Position numbers and translations under genes: made by a program
Shown here: positions 9,013 through 19,566 of the stretch, piece after piece
How the letters are laid out: every line of letters starts with the position of its first letter
Numbering within the stretch: position 1 is the stretch's first letter
Assembly (NCBI GenBank): GCA_043821365.1
Contig: JBDRCX010000006.1
Location: 288,001-352,000 of the forward strand
Source of the DNA: Candidatus Micrarchaeota archaeon
GTDB taxonomy: Archaea > Micrarchaeota > Micrarchaeia > Anstonellales > Bilamarchaeaceae
Length of the DNA: 64,000 bases
Direction of reading: 5' to 3'
The notes under the pieces: model-generated
What the model saw: only the letters and a program-made list of their open reading frames with translations
Database searches by the model: none
What the model was told of the DNA's origin: nothing

Positions 9013-9065
9013 TATTTTTTATTTACCTATTACAACTTTAATTCATTCTCATCTTAATTGGTTTT

Positions 9066-10910
9066 ATGGTCCTTCATTTCAGACATGATGTTGTGCGATC
9101 TTCACAAAAAGAACTGATGCAAGATATTTACGATTCAATTTCAAATCGTCAAAATTTTATGGCCCAGGCGCCTACGGGCTCAGGAAAAACAGATGCCAGT
9201 ATCTCAGCAGCACTTTCATATGCACTTGAAAATGATCTTACTGTGTTTTTTCTAACTCCAAAAATATCTCAACATAAAATAGCTATTGATGTGGCAACAG
9301 GAATTGCAAAAAAACACAAACTAAATATTCGTTCAGTTGACATTCTTGGCCGCGCTCATTGTTGTATTGATAATTCCCTGCGTGAGTTGGATGCTGATGG
9401 ATTTCAAAGTGCATGTATGAAAAAAAGAAAAGACAAAACATGCCCATATTATATTAATGCACACGGTTATTCCCGTTTGGATCAAGCAAAGGCAGAAACA
9501 AAATTCAAAGCAATTTTGGGAGATTATGGAAGTGGTAAAGGCCATCATGAGCTTATTGATCTTGGAAAAGATTCTAGTTGCTGTCCATATGAGTGGTTAT
9601 TGAAACTCGGTTCGATTTCCAATCTTATTGTTGCTGATTACTATCATTTGTTGGTGCCACATATTCAAGTGCAATTTTTATCTAAGATAAAAAAATCAAT
9701 TGACAAATCAATAGTGATAGTTGATGAGGCTCACAATCTTTCAGCAAGAATACGTTCAAGTTTATCAAGAAGAGTGAGTAGTTTTAGTTTTTCACGTGCT
9801 GCGAAAGAGTTGAGAGCTCTTAAATTCAATCCAGGAAAATTAGATACTGAGTTTGACAGATGGGCAGAAAACATTCTGAAAGGAAAGAAAGAAATTGCAA
9901 TTTCAATGGAAGATTTTCATAGGATGATTGAAGGTTTGGGGGTGTCAAGCGATGAACTTGCCATGAAACTTGAAGAGGTTGGTTTGGAAATAATTATGAA
10001 TACCGGCAAAAAAAGTTCTTCTCTTCACCTGGCTCATTTTCTTAATGATTGGCCAACTGGTGATCAAAATTCAGTAAGGATTCTGAAAACAGATGGGAAA
10101 TATTTTTTTCTGTCTAAAAAAACTCTTGATCCGTCACCTGCAACTGGAGTGCTAAATGATTTTTATTCATCTGTTCTCATGAGCGGTACGCTAGTACCCC
10201 TCCATATGCACAGAGATGTTCTGGGTCTTGATCCTGAAAGAACCATTATGAAAACTTATTCATCTCCATTTAGTGAATCTAACACTGTCAATATTATTAC
10301 AAGAAATATTACAACAAAATATTCTTCAAGAGGGCCACAAAGCTACCTATCAATTGCAAAAAAGATAGATGCAATAGTTTCAAAAACACCTGGAGGCTCT
10401 GCCATCTTTTTCCCTTCATATAAAGTCATGAATGAAGTTCTTGAACTTATATTCACTCAGAATCTACATATCCAAAAACCTGATATGAAACCAGCAGATA
10501 TCCGTCAACTAATTAAAAATTTTAAACACGGTGGGGTGTTGTGCGGAGTTCAGGGAGGGTCACTTTCAGAAGGGGTTGACTATTGTGATGGAGAAATAAA
10601 AACAATCATAATAGTTGGGCTTGCATTGGATGAAATGAGTTTGGAAATCAAAGCACTTATTGATTATTACGATCAGAAATTCGGCCGTGGTTGGGACTAT
10701 GGTTATCTTTATCCTGGTACTCTCAAGGCATTACAAGCAGCTGGAAGAGCCCTTAGGAAGGAAACTGATAGAGTGGCAGTTGTCTATATGGATGAAAGAT
10801 TCAATTGGCCGAAATATAATATAGTTTTCGATAAGAAAACTAAATTCCTACTTACAAACAAACCTGAAGAACTTGTTGATGATTTTTGGAAAAACAAATA
10901 CCATTTATAA
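9066..10910 (+). CDS. xpd: XPD/Rad3 Fe-S DNA helicase
   Basis: APTGSGKT, Fe-S cysteines with CPYE, DEAHN, MSGTL, SEGVDY, QAAGRALR. Confidence 0.92.
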   Translation: MVLHFRHDVVRSSQKELMQDIYDSISNRQNFMAQAPTGSGKTDASISAALSYALENDLTVFFLTPKISQHKIAIDVATGIAKKHKLNIRSVDILGRAHCCIDNSLRELDADGFQSACMKKRKDKTCPYYINAHGYSRLDQAKAETKFKAILGDYGSGKGHHELIDLGKDSSCCPYEWLLKLGSISNLIVADYYHLLVPHIQVQFLSKIKKSIDKSIVIVDEAHNLSARIRSSLSRRVSSFSFSRAAKELRALKFNPGKLDTEFDRWAENILKGKKEIAISMEDFHRMIEGLGVSSDELAMKLEEVGLEIIMNTGKKSSSLHLAHFLNDWPTGDQNSVRILKTDGKYFFLSKKTLDPSPATGVLNDFYSSVLMSGTLVPLHMHRDVLGLDPERTIMKTYSSPFSESNTVNIITRNITTKYSSRGPQSYLSIAKKIDAIVSKTPGGSAIFFPSYKVMNEVLELIFTQNLHIQKPDMKPADIRQLIKNFKHGGVLCGVQGGSLSEGVDYCDGEIKTIIIVGLALDEMSLEIKALIDYYDQKFGRGWDYGYLYPGTLKALQAAGRALRKETDRVAVVYMDERFNWPKYNIVFDKKTKFLLTNKPEELVDDFWKNKYHL

Positions 10911-10940
10911 ATATTATTAACCACACTCCTTCCTGATAAA

Positions 10941-11606
10941 ATGGTTATTCTTAGATGTAGGGCTGACCAAGTTGGTACTGGCGCACTATCAACTGTCTAT
11001 TATAAATCACATGGAACTAGAGTGGTTGCACTATTCCGAAGATACCACGGGAATGGTGGTCGTTGGGATGGGTTACTTCAGCTTGGGCCAGGTGGTATTG
11101 CAAGAAATGGAGAAACTCCAAGGGCCACTCTTTGTAGGGAATTCCCAGAAGAACTTCCACAGCTTACGCGTTTTATGGAAACAGGAAAAGTGAAAATTTA
11201 CGGTTTTGATAATGATGGTGTCCTTGGTATACCTGCATTTGTTACTGCCAATCCTCGTAGACCACCTTTCAATGTTCATATGTTTTTAGTTGAAATCTCT
11301 CCAGAAGCAGCGGCTGTTCTCTCTAGCGGAATACCATCTGACCTGGCTGTTTTAGCTAATAGGATGGTTAGTTCACTTTCCAATTACAGGGCAATGGAAA
11401 CAGAATGGACCCTCAGTGTCATCAATTCGATAAAATTATTATTTGAAATTATACCTCCAGCATCTGAGGAGCTATCTTTTCCTTTATTTGTTCCTACTGA
11501 TTTAGTTAGTTTGATGATTAAATATTCTCCAGGTAGTTTTATGCCACATTATTCTGCATCATGTCAGCACGAAACTAATTATGATTTGTTGATGAAAACA
11601 AAATAG
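10941..11606 (+). CDS. Nudix-like hydrolase
   Basis: GGIARNGETPRATLCREFPEEL approximates the Nudix box. Confidence 0.6.
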   Translation: MVILRCRADQVGTGALSTVYYKSHGTRVVALFRRYHGNGGRWDGLLQLGPGGIARNGETPRATLCREFPEELPQLTRFMETGKVKIYGFDNDGVLGIPAFVTANPRRPPFNVHMFLVEISPEAAAVLSSGIPSDLAVLANRMVSSLSNYRAMETEWTLSVINSIKLLFEIIPPASEELSFPLFVPTDLVSLMIKYSPGSFMPHYSASCQHETNYDLLMKTK

Positions 11607-11621
11607 TATTGCAACAGAAGA

Positions 11622-12626
11622 TCAACTCTTTATCGGATAATACTTCTTTCCCATTGGATAATAAGTATATGTGTGCTCATGAAAAACTAGGAGCGAATCA
11701 TAGCTTTTTATCAAATTTGAAAAATTTGTCCTTAGTTCCAACATTAATTTTCTAAATGAGTCATAATTGTCGATTTCAACATCAAGTTCTATGTTCCAGT
11801 CTCCCAAGCAAAGGTCAATGTCAATTATGTTGGGGTGTTGGGTAACGTGATTTAGAAATCGATTCAATTCCTTTCCGTCAAATGAGTCAACTCTTACTAG
11901 TACTTTATAACTTAAGAAATTAATTTTGTTTCTGTCAAGAACAACTCTGGCTCCTTGTATTATGCCACTTTCCTTCATTTTCTTTATCCTGTAACTTACT
12001 GCAGTTGGTGTTACTTTCAATTCCTTTGCAATATCAACTAAGCGATTTCTAGCATCTTTTGATAGAATTGCAAGTATCTTTTTATCAAGTTCATCTATTC
12101 TCGGATTTGGATCTACTTCCCCACCAAATAATGGTACTTCCGCCCTAGTTCTTTCACCAATAAGATAGCCACGTTTTGAATTGTATGCTGTTTCTACGAT
12201 TGAAACAGATATGTTTTCAAAATATTTTCCATATCCCCCAAAAAGTTCCCTATAAACTTTGTAAAGATGATGGGTGTCATTTGCCCATACGCCTATGAAC
12301 ATATCAAAACGCCCATCACAGGTGTCTACAAGTCCAACATCAAGATGGTTACTAAAAAATTCTATGATTTCATTTTCTAATTTTTTGTCAACATTTTTAT
12401 ATTTAAGATAGAATTTGAAAAACGTATATCCTAATTTTGCTTCGTTTACGATCACACAACAGCGTCGTAAAACTCCTCTTCTTTGCATTTCTGTAATTCT
12501 ATATCCAACTACTTGTTTTGAAAGCCTTGTTTTTTTGGCTATTATTGATGCGGGCTGGAATCCATTCTCATCAAGATGAAACAGAATCTGTCTATCTTTC
12601 CAGTCTATCCCTCCAAAAGGCTTCAT
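11622..12626 (-). CDS. Tandem Lrp/AsnC family transcriptional regulator
   Basis: Two wHTH plus RAM modules (DWKDRQILFHL..., DELDKKILAIL...DAR). Confidence 0.9.
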   Translation of the reverse strand: MKPFGGIDWKDRQILFHLDENGFQPASIIAKKTRLSKQVVGYRITEMQRRGVLRRCCVIVNEAKLGYTFFKFYLKYKNVDKKLENEIIEFFSNHLDVGLVDTCDGRFDMFIGVWANDTHHLYKVYRELFGGYGKYFENISVSIVETAYNSKRGYLIGERTRAEVPLFGGEVDPNPRIDELDKKILAILSKDARNRLVDIAKELKVTPTAVSYRIKKMKESGIIQGARVVLDRNKINFLSYKVLVRVDSFDGKELNRFLNHVTQHPNIIDIDLCLGDWNIELDVEIDNYDSFRKLMLELRTNFSNLIKSYDSLLVFHEHTYTYYPMGKKYYPIKS

Positions 12627-12777
12627 ATATTGTTTTTGTAAAAAATCAATATAAGCTTATTGAATCACATATGTTCCTTGGTTTTTTGTTTTTAATATAA
12701 TTTTTAGCGAATTTTTATTGTTTAGTAAAAAAATTTGTTAAGTTATTTAATATAGTATTTGTGTTAATAAATCTAAT

Positions 12778-14343
12778 ATGGTGGGCAATAAAATAGTTCT
12801 TATTCAACCGGAGATCAAAGCTGGAAGTTCATTAGGTGTAAGAAAAACTCCAGCGTCAATACAGCACCTTGGTGGTCAATTACAATCAGAAGGATTTAAT
12901 GTATTCTTGAAGCACGAACCAGTAACAGAAGGCCTTGTACGTTCAATTATCGATACTGGTACAAATGCAGTTGGTATCTCAACCATGACTTCAAATTTTA
13001 GGGAAGGGGAAAAACTTGCATTTATGCTTAAACAAGCAGATCCATTGTTAACTATTATAATTGGTGGGTGGCACCCATCTGGCTGTGCAAGATCCTACCT
13101 TTCTGGGCAGGAATCAGAATCAATTAATGAAGTTCTTAGTCCAAACACTCCTTTTGATTTGATGGTTTTTGGAGAAGGTGAGTTAGTTCTACCAGAAATT
13201 CTAAGGTGCCTATCTAATGGCAGATCTATAGACTTTCCTGGTGTTGGTATTTTCAAGGATGGTAGAATAAAAATTACAGGACCTGTAACTGTTCAATTAG
13301 ATTCAGTTGCCGATCCAATTTGGGGTAGTCTAGATATCAATAGCTATAGAGATCTACGTAGTGGTGCTTTGGATCTAAGCATACATACACAGCGTGGCTG
13401 TCCTTGGGGCTGCGGATATTGTTCTACTCCCATTGTTTCTGGCAAGGCACTGCGAAGTTTAAGTATTGAGAAAGTGATCGCTCAGTTAATTGAAGTTGCA
13501 GAAAAATTCAAACCACAAGTGATCACATTTACTAATGAAGATCCACTCCTCAATCTATCCTATTTCAGAGAATTAGTTGCCAGATTGAACATGATCAATT
13601 TCTCACAAAGGTATGGGGTCTCAATAGATATATTCGCTAGTATTGTCGATATTCATAGATTAATGTCTGAACCAAAATATCAAGGAATGGTAGATGAGAT
13701 AAAAAATGCTGGAATATCTAGTTTCACCATTGGTATTGAAAGTTTCAATCCAAAAATTTTGAGAAAATATGGTAAGTTGGCTATGATCACAGCAACAATG
13801 ACAAGAGAAGAAAGGTCCAGGTTCAAATCTTTAGATGAAAAAACTCAAGATGCCATGCTTGTCAAACATTATTTCGATAGGGTTCGGGCAGCCATAACAT
13901 TCTCTCAACAGCACGGTATTCTATGTGTTGGAGATTATATGATCGGAAATCCTGGCGAAACTACTGAAGAAGTATTAAGAGGGTTTTCAATGTTTTCTGC
14001 CATCAAAGGATTGCATGTGGCATACATCCCCCAATTCACTCCATTTCCAGGAACTCAAATCTGGTCTGAGTGTTATCCAGACGTCAAAAGAATTGATGGT
14101 AAGATAGCCTGGGAACTATTTGATGCAAGTCATAGCGTCTATTCAAGTGGTATGCCAGAAAACTTACGAGAAATGCTTGAGGTAGAATTTTATACTTCAG
14201 AAAGGTATCTATCTGATATGCATATTGCAATTAATGCTGGGTTTTTACCATCGCAATTTTTCAAAAATCGGTTTGATTTTATGCAACGAACCTTTGGAAA
14301 TTCTGAAAAACTAGATGCTATTCTACGATCACTTCAGTCATAG
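12778..14343 (+). CDS. Cobalamin-binding radical SAM protein
   Basis: N-terminal B12-binding region (IIIGGWHPS, FGEGE), RGCPWGCGYC CxxxCxxC motif, GIESFN. Confidence 0.85.
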   Translation: MVGNKIVLIQPEIKAGSSLGVRKTPASIQHLGGQLQSEGFNVFLKHEPVTEGLVRSIIDTGTNAVGISTMTSNFREGEKLAFMLKQADPLLTIIIGGWHPSGCARSYLSGQESESINEVLSPNTPFDLMVFGEGELVLPEILRCLSNGRSIDFPGVGIFKDGRIKITGPVTVQLDSVADPIWGSLDINSYRDLRSGALDLSIHTQRGCPWGCGYCSTPIVSGKALRSLSIEKVIAQLIEVAEKFKPQVITFTNEDPLLNLSYFRELVARLNMINFSQRYGVSIDIFASIVDIHRLMSEPKYQGMVDEIKNAGISSFTIGIESFNPKILRKYGKLAMITATMTREERSRFKSLDEKTQDAMLVKHYFDRVRAAITFSQQHGILCVGDYMIGNPGETTEEVLRGFSMFSAIKGLHVAYIPQFTPFPGTQIWSECYPDVKRIDGKIAWELFDASHSVYSSGMPENLREMLEVEFYTSERYLSDMHIAINAGFLPSQFFKNRFDFMQRTFGNSEKLDAILRSLQS

Positions 14344-14582
14344 TTCATTATCAATTTTATCATTTTTACTTTTCTTGATTTGCATTTCTGACACATGGGG
14401 AGTAAGTTTGTTTTGAACATTCCACCACACTTGCACTTTTTTGGTGTGGGTTCCCCTCTTTCAACACCCTTCAATTCATCACATAATTCGCAACGGTATG
14501 CCTCTATGGTAAATGTGCCGCCTTCATGGGCTTCAAATTTGTTTTTACATTTTTCACATTCAAATTCAGCAAGATGACCCAT
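14334..14582 (-). CDS. Small multi-Zn-ribbon protein
   Basis: CEKC, CELC, CKC and CQKC pairs. Confidence 0.65.
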   Translation of the reverse strand: MGHLAEFECEKCKNKFEAHEGGTFTIEAYRCELCDELKGVERGEPTPKKCKCGGMFKTNLLPMCQKCKSRKVKMIKLIMNYD

Positions 14583-14673
14583 AACTAACCCCTACTCTAA
14601 TTATCTATAAATATATATCCTCATTTCCGAAGCAAGATATTAAATCACTTCAACCCAAGTACCTATAGGTTAA

Positions 14674-15849
14674 ATGTTACTCACGATAAAATACGCCCCG
14701 AAGAAAATAGAAGATCTTTTGGGGAACCATGAAAAACTGGAACACATAAGACAATGGATTCTCCAGTGGATTAGTGGTAAAACTAGAAAGCCATTATTGA
14801 TCTATGGTTCACCTGGAGTTGGTAAAACATCACTTGTTTACGCCCTAAAAGAGCAGTATGACCTTGAGATAATAGAAATGAATGCAAGCGAGCTTCGAAA
14901 TAAGGGGAGGGTTGAGAGAATACTTGGACAATCTGCCCTTGCAGGAAGTCTTTTTGGAAAAACACGTTTAATCCTGATTGATGACGCTGATGTTCTAGCT
15001 GGTAGGAAAGATAGTGGTGGAGCAACTGCAATCAAAAATTTTCTATCTATTTCACCATGCCCAGCAATAGTTACTGCAACTGATGCTTGGAATAAGTCTC
15101 TTTCAGCTATCAGATCAGAATGCGAACTTATTGAATTTAAAAAAATCAGTAAACTTTCAATAAAAAAACACTTGGAAAAAATAGTAAAATTGGAGAAATT
15201 ACCTATCTCATCAGATACTATAGACGCAATAGTAGAAATGGCAGATGGTGATGTTAGGGCAGCACTCAATGATCTCCAGTCATTTGGCCCAAGTTCAAGG
15301 ACACATGAAAAAGATATATTCCAAATAGTGCGTGGCATTCTCAAAGGAGAAACATATTCCTCTGTAAAAGAAATCATGGGCGGCGATGTTGATTATAATA
15401 TGATTAAACTCTGGATTGATGAAAACATTCCATATGAGTACGAAACTAAAGAGGATGTTGCAGCTGGTTATGATTCTCTTTCCAAAGCAGATATCTTCGA
15501 TGGTAGGATAAAAAAAACCCATTGGCAGATGCTCAAATATTCAATTGATTTGGCTACTGCAGGCGTTGCTCTGGCTAAAAAAAATGTTTATAGGAAATTT
15601 ACAAAATATAATTTTCCAAATTATTTGAGGAGCATGTCTCGCTCAATTGAAAGAAGAGCGATGCTAAAATCCATTGGAACTAAAATTGGGAAACATGTTC
15701 ACACAAACTCAAAAGATTCTTTAGTTTACCTTCCTTTGCTTAAAGAATATGGAAAATCAGACATACAAAAACTAAGAGTATTTTATGATTTTAGTGACGA
15801 AGAACTAGCATTTATTTTAGAAACTAGCGTCAGCAAAGTGAAAAAATAA
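14674..15849 (+). CDS. rfcL: Replication factor C large subunit
   Basis: KYAPK, GSPGVGKT, EMNASELR, GDVRAALNDLQ, WIDEN. Confidence 0.93.
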   Translation: MLLTIKYAPKKIEDLLGNHEKLEHIRQWILQWISGKTRKPLLIYGSPGVGKTSLVYALKEQYDLEIIEMNASELRNKGRVERILGQSALAGSLFGKTRLILIDDADVLAGRKDSGGATAIKNFLSISPCPAIVTATDAWNKSLSAIRSECELIEFKKISKLSIKKHLEKIVKLEKLPISSDTIDAIVEMADGDVRAALNDLQSFGPSSRTHEKDIFQIVRGILKGETYSSVKEIMGGDVDYNMIKLWIDENIPYEYETKEDVAAGYDSLSKADIFDGRIKKTHWQMLKYSIDLATAGVALAKKNVYRKFTKYNFPNYLRSMSRSIERRAMLKSIGTKIGKHVHTNSKDSLVYLPLLKEYGKSDIQKLRVFYDFSDEELAFILETSVSKVKK

Positions 15850-17334
15850 CTAATAATCAGTCATTTTTGTTTGCCCTTTTGCTTTTTTAACCCCACTATG
15901 CTCTTTTTTCTCACCTTTATTCTTTTGCATTTTTGTCAATATGCTCTTCATCTTTTTCTCTTTGTTATTAGCTGCATAATAGTAATATTCATCTCGAGTT
16001 CCTTTTGTCATTAAGACAATTACCTGGCCTTCCTTTAGTCTGGCAGCTCTTCCTCTTCTTTGTATGCTTCTTATTTCACTTGGCACCGGTTCATAGAAAA
16101 TAACAACATCAACAGCTGGTATATCCAACCCTTCTTCCCCGATGCAAGAAGCAACCATAACATCAAATTTTCCTTCTCTGAATTCAGCAATTGTTTGTTC
16201 TTGTATTTTTTTCGTTACACCATCTTTTTTACCTACAAACTGCTTTGCACTAATCTCATTTTCTTTAAGCACATCTTCGATTCTTGCAATTTGAGCCCGA
16301 TATTGTACAAATACAATGATTTTCTTTCCAGCTAATTTTTTTATAACATCAATAAGGATTTTCATTTTCGGGTGATCCTCATCTTTTTGACAGAGAATGG
16401 TTACTGTTGAAATTCCTGGTTCTGATAATAAAATTTTAGCAGATTTACTTTCTTTTTCTTTTAGTTTTTCCAAATATGAGCGCATTGGATATATGCCTTG
16501 TGTTTCCAGAAGTTCTGTCATGTGAAGAAGATGAAGTAGAATAGAGTATTGTACAAGTGCGGGGTATTTGATGCTATGAGGGATATTCAAGATACGCTGA
16601 CGAAGTGCCATAAACCTGCCCTTATGTTTTAATGGAGGTGGAAAGCCCATTCCAGCTAATCGTTCTGCATATTTTGATGTTAGTTTGTTGAGTTCTTTTC
16701 GTATATCTTTGAAATGATCTGAAAGCTCAACTGGTATCCAACTTATGGTGCTTTTTTGGACATATGGGGCAACGTCAACGTCATTCTGGTCTCTTATTTC
16801 AACATTGTCAATTTTCAAAGTAGTCATTACTTCTCTTATTCTATCGTGCCTGCCTCCCGGTGATGCAGTTAGACCAACAAAAAGAGTTTTACCATCAGAA
16901 TATTCATGGAGTTTTTCTGAAACATAAGTGTATGCATAGTTTCCAATCGACCTATGGCATTCATCAAAGACAACTAATGAAAAATGCGGTTCCAACACTT
17001 TTTTTTCAATGTCATTTTTGATAGTTTGCGGAGTACTAATAATTATGTCTGTGTTGTACATTTCCTTTCTTTTTTTTGGTGCAACTTCACCACTAACTAA
17101 TGCAACATTTTTCTCACTAAGTTCAAGAGTTTTTATCACTGATGCAAAATGCTGTTTGGCAAGTGGTTTTGTTGGTGTTAAAAACAAACACCTGCCTTCT
17201 TTCATTTTATCTTGAATTAGCATAAGTGCAATGAGTGTTTTCCCAATTCCAGTTGGCAGTACAACTAGTGTGTTCCCATGCTGTTTTATCGAATTATATA
17301 TTGATAGCTGGTAAGCTCTTGGAACTAATTGCAC
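15850..17334 (-). CDS. hef: Hef/FANCM-like SF2 helicase (helicase domain only)
   Basis: PRAYQ, LPTGIGKT, DECH, GLTASPG, EEGLDIP, QRRGRAAR; no C-terminal ERCC4 nuclease domain. Confidence 0.88.
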   Translation of the reverse strand: MQLVPRAYQLSIYNSIKQHGNTLVVLPTGIGKTLIALMLIQDKMKEGRCLFLTPTKPLAKQHFASVIKTLELSEKNVALVSGEVAPKKRKEMYNTDIIISTPQTIKNDIEKKVLEPHFSLVVFDECHRSIGNYAYTYVSEKLHEYSDGKTLFVGLTASPGGRHDRIREVMTTLKIDNVEIRDQNDVDVAPYVQKSTISWIPVELSDHFKDIRKELNKLTSKYAERLAGMGFPPPLKHKGRFMALRQRILNIPHSIKYPALVQYSILLHLLHMTELLETQGIYPMRSYLEKLKEKESKSAKILLSEPGISTVTILCQKDEDHPKMKILIDVIKKLAGKKIIVFVQYRAQIARIEDVLKENEISAKQFVGKKDGVTKKIQEQTIAEFREGKFDVMVASCIGEEGLDIPAVDVVIFYEPVPSEIRSIQRRGRAARLKEGQVIVLMTKGTRDEYYYYAANNKEKKMKSILTKMQKNKGEKKEHSGVKKAKGQTKMTDY

Positions 17335-17443
17335 ACTCCCTTTACTTATTTTACCTTTTTAACAATGTCTAAGTGGTAAAACATGGTTTTAAAAGGCGTT
17401 TTATGCATATATTTAGTGGGTATTTGAAAGAAGGAGGGGTATC

Positions 17444-18688
17444 ATGCGTACTTTACAAGGTGGGAAAGTTTCTCAGGCAATTACTAGAACACGAGAACGC
17501 CTTAGAACCAGATTACACGAATTCATGGATTTATTCTCTGATCCCTTTACTTTAGCTCCAAATTATGCTCTCCCTGGAGGTGGAGCAATTCGAGCTTTAC
17601 CTGACCCAAAAATGTCAGGAATAATGTTTTTTGATACTGGAAAATCTCACCCAAGCAAATCAGCATCAGATCAAATTTCAAAATGGAATTCATTGGGTGT
17701 TCTCTTACCTGGTGAAAAACCAGATAAAGAAAAAAGATACATGGTTTATTCACGAGCACAAAAAGAAATATCTAGAATTTTGAAACAAGAAACTGCATGC
17801 CATGAATATCTTGCTTATGAATCAGCAAAATTGTTGGGTTCTGATCCTATGGTTGCAAGATATACTGCTCATCTTGTTGTTGGTGCTGGTGCAGAAGATT
17901 TTGTTTTTATGCCAGGTGGCAAATTAACTAATATCTGCCTTACTGATCCCGCGGTTTTAAAAACAAAAAATGCTGAGCTTGCAGCTGCGCTTAAGTTAAT
18001 GCCAAGAGAGAAACCAACATTTTTCGGGACCATGCTTCACGTTGTTGCTGCTTTAGGTAGATTTTTCACTAATAATAGGGCAGACCTTGATGCTTTAAAT
18101 CGTCCTTATTTTGCACATTTTTACGATGGAAATAGTGGTTTGAATATGATGGATGGTGAGTTGAAATTTCAAAGTGCACTAAGCAGAATAAAACTATACT
18201 GGGAGTTTGCTTCAAGTCTTTATAAAAAAAATGACATGCCAAATACATTCACTGCACTTGGACATATCATGCATTTAGTTCAGGATCTTCATGCACCTGC
18301 TCATGTTCATAATGATACTCATGGTCCAGGAAATCGTGATTCTTTAGAAGCTTGGACAACTCGTAGTGATTATCTTCACATTGCCAGGTTATCAGATGAA
18401 CCAAACGTTAGGATCTGGAATGGAAAAACTCTTTCACCTCCAAAACCAGATGAGAGTTGGACTCCTGAAAATCTCAGTTCAAAACTTACTGAGTTTATTG
18501 ATGCAATGGTAAGAAATACACAAAGATTCAGAAGTGTTGATGCAGTGGGCACTGATCCTGGGCAAGATATGCAGGGTAAGCTGACTGCTCAGGAATGTTA
18601 TGACCAGGCAAAAGTTCTCATACCAGCTGCAATCGTAGATGCTGCACAATTAGTTGCAAATTTCCTTGATTTCCATAGAAGAAACTAG
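17444..18688 (+). CDS. Zn-dependent phospholipase C / S1-P1 nuclease fold protein
   Basis: CHEYLA, HFYD and LGHIMHLVQDLHAPAHVHND Zn-ligand pattern. Confidence 0.65.
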   Translation: MRTLQGGKVSQAITRTRERLRTRLHEFMDLFSDPFTLAPNYALPGGGAIRALPDPKMSGIMFFDTGKSHPSKSASDQISKWNSLGVLLPGEKPDKEKRYMVYSRAQKEISRILKQETACHEYLAYESAKLLGSDPMVARYTAHLVVGAGAEDFVFMPGGKLTNICLTDPAVLKTKNAELAAALKLMPREKPTFFGTMLHVVAALGRFFTNNRADLDALNRPYFAHFYDGNSGLNMMDGELKFQSALSRIKLYWEFASSLYKKNDMPNTFTALGHIMHLVQDLHAPAHVHNDTHGPGNRDSLEAWTTRSDYLHIARLSDEPNVRIWNGKTLSPPKPDESWTPENLSSKLTEFIDAMVRNTQRFRSVDAVGTDPGQDMQGKLTAQECYDQAKVLIPAAIVDAAQLVANFLDFHRRN

Positions 18689-19558
18689 TTACATTAAGTT
18701 CTTGTAAAGAACAGAGACATCACTTTTATCCAAATCATGATGTGCTAGTGGTTCTTCTTTTATTTGTGGAAGATTATCCTCATAGGTAGGTCTGTTTTCC
18801 TTGTAGAAAATACCTATGGGTAACTTTTCATAATCTGTTTTTTCAGCTTCAAATGCCTTTTCCAATGCCATCATTCTATCTGAACTATTATGGCAGGCTT
18901 CTTCGAGTTTGTAAACTCTTTTTGTGAAGAAATCATAGGTATTCAGCCTATTGAATGTGACGCATGGCTGTAACACATCCAAAAGTGCAAATCCCTTGTG
19001 CGCAATTGCTTCTTTCATGAGCATTTTCATATGATTCATGTCGCCAGCATATGCTCTTGCTACAAATGTTGCTCCACCTACAATACCCATTGTTATTGGA
19101 TTGAATGGGGTTTCAATAACACCTTTAGGTGTTGTTTTTGTTTTCATCCCAAGCTGCGAAGTTGGTGATGCCTGCCCTGTTGTAAGTCCATAGATCTGAT
19201 TATCATGAACTATGTAAGTAAGATCATAATTTCTTCTCATAATGTGGACAAAATGGCCCGAACCAATTCCATAACCATCTCCATCTCCACCCATTGCAAT
19301 TACTGTGAGTTTATTATTTGCAAGTTTTATTCCAGAAGCAACTGGAAGTGATCGTCCATGCAATCCTTCGAATCCATATGTGTTAAGATAATGAGGGCTT
19401 TTCCCGCTACATCCTATTCCGGATGAAATTGCCACATTGTATGGTTCAATACCAAGTTCTACTATTGCACTTTTTAGTCCAGCTATTATTGCATGGTCCC
19501 CACAACCAGGACACCATTGTGATTTATCCTTTACATTCAATTCAGTAATTTGAACCAT
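18689..19558 (-). CDS. korB: 2-oxoacid:ferredoxin oxidoreductase beta subunit
   Basis: WCPGCG, SGIGCS, LHGR, GGDGDG TPP motif, QPCVTFN. Confidence 0.95.
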   Translation of the reverse strand: MVQITELNVKDKSQWCPGCGDHAIIAGLKSAIVELGIEPYNVAISSGIGCSGKSPHYLNTYGFEGLHGRSLPVASGIKLANNKLTVIAMGGDGDGYGIGSGHFVHIMRRNYDLTYIVHDNQIYGLTTGQASPTSQLGMKTKTTPKGVIETPFNPITMGIVGGATFVARAYAGDMNHMKMLMKEAIAHKGFALLDVLQPCVTFNRLNTYDFFTKRVYKLEEACHNSSDRMMALEKAFEAEKTDYEKLPIGIFYKENRPTYEDNLPQIKEEPLAHHDLDKSDVSVLYKNLM

Positions 19559-19566
19559 AAGATCAC

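Noticed and set aside
15850-17334. Hef lacking its nuclease domain as a pseudogene
   Set aside because: All helicase motifs are intact with a clean stop; helicase-only forms are plausible.
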